From contig JBDRRF010000008.1 in NCBI GenBank assembly GCA_043825875.1, positions 1 through 46,432 on the forward strand: a stretch of DNA of 46,432 bases, read 5' to 3'. Shown here in pieces: positions 19,617-31,802 of this stretch. The stretch comes from Pseudomonadota bacterium. GTDB taxonomy: Bacteria; Desulfobacterota; Desulfobacteria; Desulfobacterales; RPRI01. The notes under the pieces are model-generated. The model worked only from the letters and a program-made list of their open reading frames with translations. It did not search any database and was not told the DNA's origin. Positions within the stretch are counted from its first letter, which is position 1; the number at the start of each line of letters is the position of its first letter. The position numbers and the translations under genes are program-made.

Positions 19617-21091
19617 TTTTCACATTCTCCCTTGTCTGGATTTACTGCTGGTAGCTCAACTATAATAGTAGTGCCTTTATCAACAACACTCTTTGCAATA
19701 ATTTTTCCATGGTGGTTTTCCAAAATACTGTAAGCAAGGCTTAATCCCAGACCGGTACCTTTGCCTTCTTCTTTGGTTGTAAAGAAAGGCTCAAATATAT
19801 GAGCCAGAATATTTTCAGGTATCCCATGCCCTGTATCCGATATTTCTATAACAACAACATCTTTTTCCGGCGGCTTATAGCTCTTTATTTTCAGCTTGCC
19901 GTTTCCTTCCATTGCATCTGCGGCATTTAATATTATGTTCATAAAAACATGATTGAGCTGTTGTATATCACCATATATTTCAGGAAGAGATGGAGAAAGA
20001 TTCTTTTCAATTTCAATATTATGGAAAAGCGTTTGATTCTCCAGCAAAAACAATGTACGCAAAATAGCCGTGTTTACGTCATGCGAACGCATTTCGTGTC
20101 GAGTCTGACGGGCAAATTCAAGCAGTTCTTTAACCGTGTCCCGGCATCTTTGGGCTTCTTTGAATATACGCGTAATGTCACTTTTAGCTCCTTCTTCCAA
20201 AGTGTATTCTTCCAAAACAAGCTGTGAAAAAAGGGTAATACTGCTTAAAGGGTTATTTAACTGATGAGCCACACCTGCCGCCAGTTTTCCAAGAGATGCC
20301 ATTTTTTCCGACTGAAGGATTTGTATCTGAGCTTTTTCCAGTTCTTTTCTCATCTTTATTGTATCACGCATATCGTGAAAAAAACCAATTGTAGCAACTT
20401 CGCGATCATCCTCGTAAATTATTGAAGCATTCAGGCTTATAGGAATTCTGTCTCCGTTTTTCCCAAGCACTTCGGTTTTATGGGATTTCAGCTTACCCTT
20501 GCCGCCAAAATCATCGCTTCGAAGCTTTCGCATTACATCTTTTGCACCATCATCGGGATATACATCACGTATATTGAGATTTTCCAGAGCATCTTTAACA
20601 TTAAAACCACCTATTTTGGCAGCAGCATCATTAAATATAAGAATCTTACCTTTCATATCCGCAGCAATAACGCCATCTACGGAACTAAGTATTAAATTCC
20701 GCAAAAAAGCATTTGATCTTTTAAGTTTTTCTTCAAGCCCTTCAAGAGCCGGAAAATCAAAATCCACAATAACAAGGGCATCGATTTCTTTTTCCGAGAG
20801 TATAGGATAGGAATACAGGCAAAACATTTTATCCTGTTCTATCAAAGCTTTCTGATCTATCATGGCCGGGCTTTTCGTATTCTTTACAATTACAGCCGGG
20901 CAATTATCACAGTGTGAATCCAGGCCGTGAAAAGCCTCATAACAATGCTTACCCATAAGGCCATGTTTTAATGTTTTCAGTGAGTCGCTGTTAATAGCAA
21001 GAATTTTAAAATCCGGGGAAATAACAAGAATTTTTCGTTTAACTGCATTTATAGCTTTCAAAAGATATTCATTTTCTCTTTCAGATAGCAT
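19613..21091 (-). CDS. PAS-PAS sensor histidine kinase
   Basis: GKHCY..CDNCP PAS domain, HQLNNPL, FEPFFTTK, GTGLGL. Confidence 0.93.
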   Translation of the reverse strand: MLSERENEYLLKAINAVKRKILVISPDFKILAINSDSLKTLKHGLMGKHCYEAFHGLDSHCDNCPAVIVKNTKSPAMIDQKALIEQDKMFCLYSYPILSEKEIDALVIVDFDFPALEGLEEKLKRSNAFLRNLILSSVDGVIAADMKGKILIFNDAAAKIGGFNVKDALENLNIRDVYPDDGAKDVMRKLRSDDFGGKGKLKSHKTEVLGKNGDRIPISLNASIIYEDDREVATIGFFHDMRDTIKMRKELEKAQIQILQSEKMASLGKLAAGVAHQLNNPLSSITLFSQLVLEEYTLEEGAKSDITRIFKEAQRCRDTVKELLEFARQTRHEMRSHDVNTAILRTLFLLENQTLFHNIEIEKNLSPSLPEIYGDIQQLNHVFMNIILNAADAMEGNGKLKIKSYKPPEKDVVVIEISDTGHGIPENILAHIFEPFFTTKEEGKGTGLGLSLAYSILENHHGKIIAKSVVDKGTTIIVELPAVNPDKGECEN

Positions 21092-21752
21092 TATTTTAGT
21101 TCCCTTTTAATTAAACGAAAACTATAGCTAAAATACAAAACGGCTAACATATGAAATTAATTGTTATATTTATTAACAAATTATAGAGCAAAGGAAGTTT
21201 ATTATTGATGTTTTAAGAAAGCACATTAACAAGTTTAGTGTAAATTTAATATTATTTAATTCCATGAGTGAAAAAAAAGCAAATAAAAGTTTAATTTTTT
21301 GTATTTTTATCTAAAAGCATATTCTGATAAAATAAACAAAAAAAGTTTCATAGAGCTTATTAATTCCTTGACACCAAACTTTTTATTTGACAAAAAAGTT
21401 CTTTCTATATCTGTATATATATAGATGGGTTTTTAAGGAGCCCATCATAAGACCGGGGATAGAAAGGCTGGGCCTGAAGAAAAAATATAAGTGCTTGGAT
21501 TTACTCCGAGCTTTGAGAAAAGTTAAGCTTTTCCGCTTTTGGAAATAGTCGGTTTTTGACATTTTGCAAAGGCATCTTAAATTTTAAATTAAGTGGACTT
21601 TAAAAAAGTCTTGTTGGGACGGCAAAGCAAAATAATAGAATTAATATGTATTTGCAAAGCCGCTATAATAATATGTATTTTGCATTGATTCCGCTAAGTT
21701 CAAGATTATTATGATAACGGAATATCCAGATGGTTTATTTTAAGGAGAAATA

Positions 21753-24700
21753 ATGGGGGCTGTTAAAGGAAACAAAAGCGGGTCGGTAATGATTGTCGGT
21801 GCAGGTATTACAGGTATGCAGTCTGCACTTGATCTTGCCGAGTCCGGTTATTACGTTTATCTTGTGGAAAAATCCGCTGCCATCGGCGGGCTAATGTCGC
21901 AGCTTGACAAGACCTTTCCGACAAATGACTGTGCGATGTGAGTAATCTCACCTAAACTGGTCGAGGTCGGCCGGCATCTTAACATCGAGCTTTTAACAAA
22001 TACGGAACTTCTGGGACTGGAAGGAGATCCGGGTAATTTTAAAGCAAAAATAAAACAAAATCCACGTTATATAGACCTTTCCAAATGTACGAGCTGCGGA
22101 GATTGTTCCAAAGTCTGCCCAGTTACACTACCTAATGAATATGATGAAAGTCTTTCTGAAAGAAAGGCTATTTATAAGCAATACGCGCAGGCTATTCCCG
22201 GAGCATATTCCATACAGAAAGCCGATAAGGCCCCGTGCAGGCTTGCATGTCCGGCTGGTCTTAATGTTCAGGGTTATGTTCAGATGGTAGGCCAGAGCAA
22301 ATATAAAGAGGCCCTTCAAATCATTATGGAGGATCTGCCTTTGCCCGGAGTTCTTGGAAGAATATGTCCTCATGGTTGCGAGGACGCCTGTCGCAGGTGT
22401 GATGTAGATCATCCTGTTGCAATACGCAACCTCAAACGACTTGCCGCGGATAAATTTGATCCAAGAAATGTTGAGATCAAAATGCTTCCCAAAAGGGAAG
22501 AAAAGGTTGCTATTATTGGATCAGGTCCGGCAGGTCTTTCCGCCGCATACCAACTTGCGCGAAACGGAGTGCTTTCAACCATCTTTGAAGCTCTTCCCAA
22601 GGCCGGAGGTATGTTAAGGGTTGGCATACCTGAACACAGACTTCCAAGAGACGTTCTTGATAATGAAATAGAAGTAATAACAAACCTTGGGGTTGAAATT
22701 AAAACAAATACCCCGCTTGGCTCTGATCTTACCATAGATGACCTTTTTGCCAAAGGTTATAAATCCGTATATATAGCAATCGGTGCCCACAAGGGTTTTG
22801 ACCTTGGTGTTCCAGGAGAAAAAGCCAAAGGAGTCCGTCAGGGTGTTGATTTCTTAAGAGAAGTAAACCTTACAGGAAAAGCTGCGGTAGGTAAAAAGGT
22901 TGCGATAATCGGTGGCGGCAATGTTGCCATAGATGTTGCAAGATGCGCAGTAAGGCTTGGAGCTGAAAAGGTCAATATAGTTTACAGAAGAACCCGCAGT
23001 GAAATGCCTGCATGGGAAGAAGAAATTCATGCCGCAGAAACCGAAGGAACCGAAATAACATATCTTGCAGCACCTCAGGAAATATTGACTGCAGATGGCA
23101 ATGTTATAGGTCTTCGATGTATTCGTATGGAGCTTGGAGAACCGGATTCATCAGGAAGAAGAAGGCCTGTTCCTGTTCCCGGAAGTGAATATGACATTGA
23201 GATAGATCAACTTATACCTGCGATAGGCCAGAAGCCGGATTTGTCCGCACTTGAAAATGTGACCGGTTTAGACTTTTCGAAATGGGGAACAGTTGAGACT
23301 GATTCCGTGACTTATGCTACCGGCCGGGCAGGTGTTTTTGCAGGTGGTGATGTTCAAACAGGTCCTTGGGTTGCCATAGGGGCAATTGCAGCCGGAAAAG
23401 AAGCAGCCGATTCTATAATGAGGTATCTGGACGGAAAAGATATGGCCGAAGGCCGTGAGGCTGTGACAAATGAAAATCCTGTTTACAGACCAGTGCCTAA
23501 AGGCGAGCCCATTAAATCAAGAGCTGTAATGCCTGAACTTTCTGCTGAAAAACGGGCAGGTAATTTTAAGGAAGTCGAACTTGGCTATAATGAAGAAGAC
23601 GGAGCCGCTGAAGCAGGAAGATGTCTTAACTGCGGTTATTGCTGCGAGTGCAATCAGTGTGTTGACGCCTGTCTTGCAGAGGCTGTTGATCACAGCCAGC
23701 AAGTTGAAGAAAAACAAATTGATGTTGGTTCTGTAATACTATGTCCCGGAGCCGATACTTACGATCCTTCGACTCTTGACGAATTCTATCATTATAAGAC
23801 CAATCCTAATGTACTAACCAGTCTTGAATTTGAAAGAATTTTAAGCGCCTCTGGTCCGACAATGGGGCATTTACTCAAACCGTCCGATAAGAAAGAACCT
23901 CAAAAAATTGCGTGGCTTCAATGTATAGGTTCAAGAGATAACAACAAATGCGGAAACGGTTATTGTTCGTCTGTATGCTGTATGTATGCCATAAAAGATG
24001 CAATGGTTTCAAAAGAACATGCCGCAGGAAATCTCGATTGTGCAATATTTAATATCGATATCAGAACCTTTGGCAAAGATTACGAAAAATATTATAACCG
24101 TGCTAAAGACGAACAAGGCGTTAGGTTTATTAATGCCCGTATTCACACGATTGATGAAGTTGGAGAAGAAAAAGCTTTAAAGCTTCGTTATGCTGATGAT
24201 TCTGGCCAGATTCAGGAAGAAATATTTGACATGGTTGTTCTTTCAGTTGGTCTTCAGGTGTCTGAATCTACAGTGGAGCTTGCAAAAAAACTTGATGTGG
24301 ATATCAACAAAAACAATTTTGCCGTTACAAAACCTTTTGAGCCGGTCATGACATCAAGGCCCGGGGTTTATGCCTGCGGAATATTTCAGGGACCTAAGGA
24401 TATCCCTCATTCGGTTATGGAAGCAAGTGCTGCTGCATGCGGTGCCGGGATTAGCCTTACATCTTCGCGGGGTACTTTAGTAAAAGACAAGATTTTCCCG
24501 GAAGAAATAGCCTTAGCGGATCAACAACCGCGTGTAGGTGTTTTTGTTTGCAATTGCGGAGTCAACATCGGCGGAGTTGCAGATGTTCCTGCAATAGTCG
24601 AGTATGCAAAGTCATTACCTGGTGTTGCTCACGTTGAGGATAACCTTTTTTCATGCAGCAATGACACCCAGGATAAAATTGTCGATGTTATCAAAAAGAA

Positions 24701-26183
24701 TAATTTAAACAGGATCGTTGTTGCAGCGTGCACTCCAAAAACACATGAGCCCTTGTTTCAGGAAACTATTCGTAATGCAGGACTTAATCCTTATTTGTTT
24801 GAAATGGCTAATATCCGAAATCAGTGTACATGGGTTCATTCGAATGAAAAGGAAAAAGCTACTCAAAAATCCAAAGATTTATTAAAAATGGCGGTTTCCA
24901 AGGCCGCACTTTTGGAATCCATACCTGATATTTTGGTAGATGTAGAAAAATCAGGTTTGGTCATAGGTGGTGGTGTTGCCGGAATGACTGCAGCTTTATG
25001 TTTGGCCGATCAGGGTTTTTCTACAACTCTGGTTGAAAAATCAAATGCTTTAGGAGGTTCTGCACAAAATCTTACAAAAACATGGGATGGCCAGGATGTC
25101 AGGGCATTTCTTTCCGAAAAAATACAAAAAGTGGAAAATCATCCAAACATCAATCTGTTGCTTGATGCAGAAGTAAAAGATGCTTCCGGCTTTGTAGGTA
25201 ATTTTGAAACGAACGTAGTTGCGAATAACACGCAACATACAATTAAGCATGGTATCACTATTATTGCAACAGGCGGAAAAGCGGCGGTTACAGATGAATA
25301 CCTTTACGGTGAGCATCCATCCGTTACTACCTGGCATGACCTCGAACATCAGCCTGAAAAACTGAAAGATGCAAATAGCATAGTATTTATTCAATGTGTC
25401 GGATCACGGGATGAAAACAGACCTTATTGTTCTATGATCTGTTGTACTTCAGCTATTTCTCAGGCTGTTTCTATAAAGGAAGAAGATCCTGATAAGGATG
25501 TATTTGTCCTGTATAGAGATATAAGAACATATGGAGAAAAAGAAGAATTATATAAAAAGGCCAGAGAGAAAGGTATAATTTTTATTCGCTATAACTTAGA
25601 CAAAAAGCCTGCGGTTAAAGCGGCTGGCAAAGGTTTGGAAGTTACTGTATTTGACCCTGTCTTGCAAAGAAGCATTCAGATACAGGCCGATTTAGTCAAT
25701 CTCTCGACAGCTATTGAACCTATGGAAAATGATGGTTTGGCGTCCGTTTACAAATTGCCGCTTAATGCCGAGAAATTTTTCATGGAAGCACACGCAAAAT
25801 TGAGGCCGGTTGATTTTGCTACAGAAGGTCTTTTTATCTGCGGATTAGCTCACTATCCAAAACCACTGGATGAATCCATTTCTCAGGCATATGCCGCAGC
25901 CGGTCGAGCTGTTACCATTCTTTCAAGGAATACAATCACAATTTCTCCTCTGGTATCTCAGGTTGATACCGAAAAGTGTATCGGATGCGGTCTTTGCGCT
26001 GAAATTTGTCCCTTTGGAGGAATTGTAATGGAAGACCCTGAAGGTAAAGGACAAAAGGCAAAAAATATACCTGCATCGTGCAAAGGATGTGGTTTGTGTT
26101 CGGCAAGCTGTCCGCAAAAAGCTATTGACATGTTGCATTTCAGAGACAAGCAAATAATGGCTGCGGTAAGTGCTGCCGTATAA
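21753..26183 (+). CDS. hdrA: HdrL-type heterodisulfide reductase A subunit with GltD-like insert, selenoprotein (Sec63), 1476 aa
   Basis: [23 protein letters not shown](21939..21941)[12 protein letters not shown]; frame stays open into ORF 22284..26183. Confidence 0.93.
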
Positions 26184-26213
26184 TAACGTTATACAATTTC
26201 TATGGTGATAATT

Positions 26214-26963
26214 ATGACAGATTTTGAACCTAAAATAGTTGCTTTTCTATGCAACTGGTGTGCTTATGCCGGAGCTGATCTGGCAGGGGTGTCACGAATA
26301 CAACACCCTTCCAACTTAAGAACGGTACGTGTAATGTGTTCCGGGCGTGTAGATCCGCTATTTATTGTTCAGGCATTAAAAAAAGGGTCTGACGGTATTT
26401 TGGTGGCCGGCTGACATTTCGGCGATTGCCATTACCTGGAAGGTAATATTCAAGCTGAAAAAAAGATTATTATGACCCAAAAACTTCTAAAGCTTTCCGG
26501 CATCGGGGAAAACAGGTTGCATCTGGCCTGGCTGTCCTCTGCTGAAGCTCAGAGATTTGTTGATATATCCACAGCAGCTATAAATAGCATTAAGGAACAG
26601 GGTAAATTTGAACCGGCTATGTATGAACTTGAGCTGGGCGCTGTGGAAGAAACTTTAAAATCCGAAACAATACGCTGGATGGTCGGCAAAGAAGTTAAAT
26701 TGCTCACCAAGGGCGATGTTTACGGCCGAAAATGGGAAAGAGAAAAATTTGAATCTGTTCTGGATTCCGTTCTGGATAGAGAATACAAAATTCGTCTGAT
26801 TCATCAGGCGATAGCTGCCGGGTTTACATCTGTCAGAGGGATAAGCAGCAGAATCGGGATGGAGATGAAAGAAATTTCCTATCTTCTGGCAGACATGGAA
26901 AAAAGCAGCATGGTTGAATTTAAAGGCCATGAGGGCAGCATTCCGGTTTTCGGAGCATTATAA
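26214..26963 (+). CDS. mvhD: MvhD-like subunit with ~110 aa C-terminal extension, selenoprotein, 249 aa (start 26202 or 26214)
   Basis: FLCNWCAYAGADLAG, VMCSGRVD, VAG-TGA(26412..26414)-HFGDCHY, in frame with ORF 26472..26963. Confidence 0.9.
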
Positions 26964-26990
26964 TTCAAAGTATTATAATAAGGAGATAAC

Positions 26991-29900
26991 GTGGCAACGG
27001 ATAAAGGTAAAATCAGCGGGTCTGTTATGGTTGTTGGAGCCGGTATCGCCGGTATGCAGGCAGCGCTGGATCTTGCAAATTCAGATTATTATGTGCATCT
27101 TGTAGATAAGTTGCCTACAGTCGGCGGTATGATGGCCCGTCTGGATAAAACATTTCCGACCAATGACTGTGCGATGTGAGTAATCTCACCTAAACTGGTC
27201 GAGGTCGGCCGGCATCTTAATGTTAATAAAATTACAAACAGCGAAATAAAAACGGTTGAAGGTGAACCGGGTAATTTTACAGTTACCCTTGTTAATCATC
27301 CCCGATATATTGATCCTGTTAAATGTACGGGCTGCGGAGAATGCGCCCGTCACTGTCCTGTCACAGCAGTCAATCGCTACAACAAGGGGCTTGATGAACG
27401 CAGAGCAACCTATATTGAATATCCCCAGGCGGTTCCGCTTGCATTTGGCATTGACACTGAAACATGTATCGGTTGCGGCCTGTGTGAAAACATGTGCGTT
27501 GCAAATGCTATCTGCTACGACGATATTGAGCGTGAATCCACACTAACTGTTGGCTCAATAATTCTTGCATCCGGCAGCCAGGGATATGACCCTTCCAAAC
27601 TGGATTATTTGGGTTACGGTAAATATCCCAATGTAGTTACCAGTGAAGAATTCGAGCGTATCTTGAGTGCGTCAGGTCCCTACCGCGGACATTTATGCCG
27701 TCCGCTTGACCGTGAAGAACCGAAAAAAATCGCATGGCTGCAGTGTGTCGGCTCCCGCGATACCAATAAATGCGGAAACGGTTACTGCTCGTCCGTATGC
27801 TGCATGTATGCGATCAAGGAAGCCATGATAGCAAAAGAACATGTGCATGGCGAACTTGACTGTGTAGTATTCAATATGGATATCCGTTCTTTCGGCAAGG
27901 ATTATGAAAAATACTACCTAAGAGCCAAAGACAAAGATGGAGTAAGATTTGTTAAAGCAAGGATTCATACGATTACGGAAATTCCCGAAACAGGCGATCT
28001 TTCCGTACGTTTTGTAAATGAAGCGGGAGAAATTCTTGAAGAAACATTTAACATGGTGGTTCTCTCCGTTGGGCTCCAGATTCCCGAAACATCAAAAGTA
28101 TTGGCAAAACAACTGGGGATTGAGCTTGATAAATATAATTTTGTAACAACGGATCCGTTTGCACCTGTTATTACTTCACGTCCCGGTGTTTATACCTGTG
28201 GCGTATTTCAGGGCCCAAAGGATATTCCAAGTTCCGTTACCGAAGCCAGCGCAGCTGCCTGTATGGCAGGTGGTGATCTTGTGGAGGCCCGTGGCACTGA
28301 AACTAAAGCTATTGAAATCCCTGATCAACAGGATGTAGCTGAACAAACCCCGAGAATCGGAGTATTTGTCTGCAACTGCGGTATCAATATTGGCGGAGTT
28401 GTCAATGTTCCTAAAGTTACCGAATATGCAGGAACTCTTCCTTATGTAGTTTTCACAGATCACAACCTTTTCACCTGCTCTCAGGATACTCAGGATAAGA
28501 TCAAGGAAAAGATCATTGAGCATAAGCTTAACCGGGTGGTCGTAGCATCATGCAGTCCAAAAACTCATGAACAGATGTTTATGGAAACCTTAGAGGCATG
28601 TGGCCTGAATCGTTATCTGTTTGAAATGGCAAATATACGAAACCATAATTCATGGATACATTCCAAGAGTCCTGAACTTGCTACGCAGAAAGCAAAAGAT
28701 CTGGTCAGGATGGCAATCGCCAGGTCTGCTACTTTGAAGCAATTGAACGAAAAAGTCATTTCGGTCAATAAGCAGGCTCTTGTTATCGGTGGTGGTATTT
28801 CCGGAATGAATGCCGCGCTTGGTCTTGGGAAGCAAGGATTCAAGGTATTTTTGCTGGAAAAAGAGTCTGAGCTGGGCGGCTTTTCCCTCAAGCTTCACCA
28901 TACTATTGAAGGGAAAGACGTTAAAACATATATCAAAGAACTTATAGAACAAGTTCAGCAAAATCCAAATATTGAAGTTATTACTAAAGCGCGTGTAACC
29001 GATTTTGCAGGATATAAGGGAAATTTTACAACGGAAGTAGCTGTCGGAGAAGAAAAGCGAAAGCTTGAACACGGCATTATTATTATTGCAACCGGCGCAA
29101 AAGAATATATCCCGATAGAATATTCCTATAATGAAGATCCGCGTGTAGTAACCCAGGTTCAGCTTGGAGATATTCTGGAAAATAAAGGAGCCGCAGATCT
29201 TGATTCTGTAGTAATGATCCAATGTGTTGGTTCCAGAAACAAAGAAAATGAAAACTGTTCCAGAATTTGCTGTCAGAATGCAGTTAAAAACGCCTTGGCG
29301 ATAAAAAAGTTGAATCCCGAAACCAATGTATATGTGCTTTACAGGGATATCCGCACATACGGACTTTTAGAAGAATATTATACTGAAGCAAGAAATCTGG
29401 GTGTTATCTTCATCAGGTTTGATGAGGATAATCCTCCTCAGGTGGAACCTTCTTCCGAAGGAATGATTGTAAAAGTAAAAGACCATATTCTTCAGAAAGG
29501 TCTTGAAATACGTGCTGATCTTTTGGCGCTAAGCGCTGGAATGGTGGCGGAAGACACAACCGAGCTTTGCGGAATAATGAAGTTTAACCGCAATCCGGAA
29601 GGATTTTTTATTGAAGCGCATGTTAAGCTGAGACCTGTTGATATGCCGGGTGAAGGAATTTTCCTGTGCGGGACTGCTCACGGGCCAAAACTTATAACCG
29701 AGGCAATTGCTCAGGCCCAGGCTGCTGCATCCCGCGCAACAACATTTCTGTCAAAGTCTCATATTAAACTGTCGGCAATTACAGCACAGGTGGATACGGA
29801 ACATTGCGTGAAATGCCTTACCTGTGTCCGGTCTTGTCCGTTTGAAGTACCGGTCTTTAATACTGAAAAACAGGTTATTGAAATAGATGACGCCATCTGC

Positions 29901-30014
29901 CATGGTTGCGGTGTGTGCGCAAGCGTATGCCCAAGGCAGACCATTCAGCTTAATTTTTATGAAGATGATCAAATTACTAGCAAAATTGATGCCTTGCTGG
30001 CAGGGGGAATGTAA
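26991..30014 (+). CDS. hdrA: Double-module HdrA without GltD insert, selenoprotein (Sec63), 1007 aa
   Basis: AAGGAG then GTG; DCAM-TGA(27177..27179)-VISPK; open through two CxxCxxCxxxC motifs into ORF 27492..30014. Confidence 0.93.
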
Positions 30015-30448
30015 TGTCTGACTTTGAACCGACTATTATTGCGTTTTGTTGCGAGTACTGAGGATATTCTGCTGCGGACCTGGCAGGTTCGATGCGGCTT
30101 GATTATCCTGTAAATATTAAAATCATACGGGTTCCCTGTACCGGAAAAGTGGATGTCATGCACTTGATGAGATCTATACAGATGGGCGCTGACGGCGCTT
30201 ATGCTGTCGGCTGTCTGGAAGGGGCATGCCATTATAAACAGGGAAATTTACGTGCCAGGGAACGGGTTATGCACGTACAGAAACTTTTGGAAGAGGTTGG
30301 ACTTGAAGGGGACAGAGTAAGGATGTATAATCTTTCTTCAGGCGAGGGACCTACCTTTGCAGCATATGCAAAAGAGATGACTGAACATATAAAGAAGCTT
30401 GGGCCTAACCCATTAAAAAAATGGTCAACAGCCAAAAATAAGGAGTAA
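30014..30448 (+). CDS. mvhD: MvhD-like subunit, selenoprotein (Sec16), 144 aa
   Basis: TAATG coupling to hdrA; MSDFEPTIIAFCCEY-TGA(30059..30061)-GYSAADLAGSM in frame with ORF 30092..30448. Confidence 0.92.
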
Positions 30449-30451
30449 ACT

Positions 30452-31750
30452 ATGGCGGAAGAAGCAATCAAACTTGGCGGTAAAAAGAAGAGTATGTTTA
30501 TAGACAAAGTCAAGGAAATCCTCCCTGAAGGGGGTAACCTTAATCTTTGTCTTACCTGCGGAGCATGTTCATCAGGATGTCCTGCGACAGGGCTTGATGG
30601 CATGGATCCAAGGAAATTTTTGCGCATGGCGGCACTTGGCATGGATGATGAGTTATTGAAGAGCGATTGGGCGTGGATGTGTACTATGTGCATGCGCTGT
30701 ATTTATGTATGCCCCATGAAGATCAACATACCACAGCTTGTTTTTAATGTCAGAAACAGCTGGCCCAGAGAGAGTAAGCCAAAAGGGATTCTTGGTTCGT
30801 GTGACATGGCTTTAAGAAACGATACATGCAGTGCAATGGGCGCAACCGAAGAAGACTGGCGTTTTGTAGTTGAGGACGTTGCCGAAGAGGTAAGAGAAAG
30901 CCAGGAGGGTTTTGAAGATCTTCAGGCCCCTATGGACAAGGTGGGCGCTGAGTTCTTTTTAAATCAGAATTCCAGAGAGCCGGTAACGGAACCGGACGAG
31001 ATGGTTCCTTTATGGAAAATACTTCATCTGGTTGGTGCTGACTGGACTTACGGTTCAAAGGGATGGGCTGCTGAAAATTATTGCATGTTCATGGCTGATA
31101 ATGAAAGCTGGAAACACATTGTAGAAGTTAAAGCTAAAGCAGTAGATGACCTAAAGTGCAAGGTCTGGCTCAATACTGAGTGAGGGCACGAATTATTTGC
31201 AGTCCGGTCCGGACTGGAAAAATTTAAAATTCCTTATAATTTTGAGATAAAAAGTATCATTCAGTATTATGCACAGTGGATCAGAGAAGGAAAGCTTAAG
31301 GTTAATTCGGATTGGAACAAAGAGCTTCAAGTCAAATTTACTGTTCAGGATCCATGCCAGCTTGTCAGAAAAACTTTTGGTGACCCTGTTGCCGAGGATT
31401 TAAGATTTGTAGTAAAATCTGTTGTAGGAGAAGAAAACTTTATTGATATGACGCCGAACAAGTCTAACAATTACTGCTGTGGTGGTGGTGGTGGTTTTCT
31501 GCAATCAGGACTTCCCGATGCCAGACGTACTTATGGGAAGCTAAAGGATGAGCAAATCAAGAAGACCGGAGCCACATATTGTATAACTCCATGTCATAAT
31601 TGTCATGCTCAGGTTCATGATCTATCGGAACATTTTGAGGGCGGATATCATACGGTTCATTTATGGACCATTATATGCCTTTCTCTTGGCATTCTTGGTG
31701 AAAATGAGCGCGAATACTTAGGACCGGATCTTGCTGAATTAGGGTTATAG
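30452..31750 (+). CDS. HdrD/GlpC-like Fe-S oxidoreductase (2x[4Fe-4S] plus CCG domains), selenoprotein, 432 aa
   Basis: CLTCGACSSGCP, CTMCMRCIYVCP; NTE-TGA(31181..31183)-GH at the ECGH motif; open to QDPC, CCGGGGG, PCHNC of ORF 31448..31750. Confidence 0.9.
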
Positions 31751-31802
31751 AATTATAGTTACCGGGAATGGATTGATTCTCCGGTATTAAGAGGTAATAA
31801 TA

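Noticed and set aside
21565..21665. c-di-GMP-I riboswitch suggested by gggacggcaaagc
   Set aside because: Extra G relative to GGGACGCAAAGC, and no GGCAAACC..GAAA P2 stem or recognisable P3; kept only as an unassigned structured leader.
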